DNA of 64,000 nucleotides, taken from positions 1,054,001-1,118,000 of the forward strand of contig RSEE01000007.1 of the NCBI GenBank assembly GCA_003971905.1, given 5' to 3'. The position numbers and the translations under genes are program-made. This document shows, in pieces, positions 63,366 to 64,000 of the stretch. Origin of the DNA: Moniliella sp. 'wahieum' (lineage: Eukaryota). How positions within the stretch are numbered: position 1 is the first letter of the stretch; each line of letters starts with the position of its first letter. A model generated the notes under the pieces. It was not told where the DNA came from. It ran no database searches and was given only the letters and a program-made list of their open reading frames with translations.

Positions 63366-64000
63366 GGCAGGAGCAGGGAGTAGGACCTCACTGCTTGTCC
63401 TGGGTACAGGGAGGGATGGGGGGCCCGGCGAGCAGGCAAGGAGCTGGCTGGGAGGAGGTCCGCGGGGGCGCGGGTGGGTTGTAAAGTGGCAAAGCAGGAG
63501 TAGGCTGGTGCTTGGTCCTGTCCACGAAGAGACGGCTGTGGGGGAGCACGAGAGGGACAAGTTGGGGTCGCTGGTGCAGAGTTCGGCGCTTGACGTGACC
63601 GTGTGTGGAATAAGCTCATAGGAGCTGGGAGTGTGCTGAACCGGCGGCCAGACGGTCGGTGGGACAGGGGGGAAGGAGTCCCGGAAGAGACCGGAGGTGA
63701 GGGGTGGGCTGGGGGCGAGTGGGAGAGGGGCGCGTGGGGGCTGGTTGTCAGAGATGGGGGTGTGCATGATCGATGTTGGTGGTTGGGAGAAGGGCAGAGG
63801 GGTTGGAGGCAGGGGCGAAGGGTACTGTCAGGCCAAGGCGAGGCGCGTCTGGTGGATATTTAGTGCATTTGCACGGCCCTTCTCCAACACTCTTTCTGAG
63901 AGGCTAGAGGATGCGGATAGAGGCGGAGGCATATAATGGTTGCGCAGCCTGCCGTGGGGTAGCAAGGGGCGAAAGGGCCCCTATGTATGTGTGCCAGCAT

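Overview
Eukaryotic, GC-rich fungal DNA. It is most likely a basidiomycete with low intron density (Ustilaginomycotina-like); this is inferred from short GT..CTRAC..YAG introns, an MP88-family mannoprotein and a basidiomycete-type Gcn4/Cpc1 bZIP. Nearly every gene, including essential ones, is broken by single-base deletions, which points to an unpolished long-read assembly rather than real pseudogenes, so gene ends are approximate. Recognisable genes in order: Myb-domain TF (partial), NAP1, RPT6, tRNA-Arg(CCT), a tiny secreted-peptide candidate, an OPT oligopeptide transporter, a C2H2 TF, eIF3h, TOA2, a second C2H2 TF, RPS26, RAD23, a NIPA-type Mg2+ transporter, intron-containing tRNA-Ala(CGC), a Gcn4/Cpc1-like bZIP, RRP6, MsrB, ADA2, an MP88-like GPI mannoprotein, ESA1, a Zn2Cys6 TF and an HSF-type TF, plus three uncertain hypothetical CDSs. 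I found no transposase, CRISPR array, rRNA or biosynthetic cluster. The most unusual signal is a family of short intergenic period-7 tandem arrays built from many different A....T palindromic hexamers plus one base. Also notable: a Gcn4/ATF4-like uORF leader interlocked with an intron, an RPS26 start codon split by an intron, and a hidden spliced presequence upstream of MsrB. I cannot confirm a new biological system from sequence alone.
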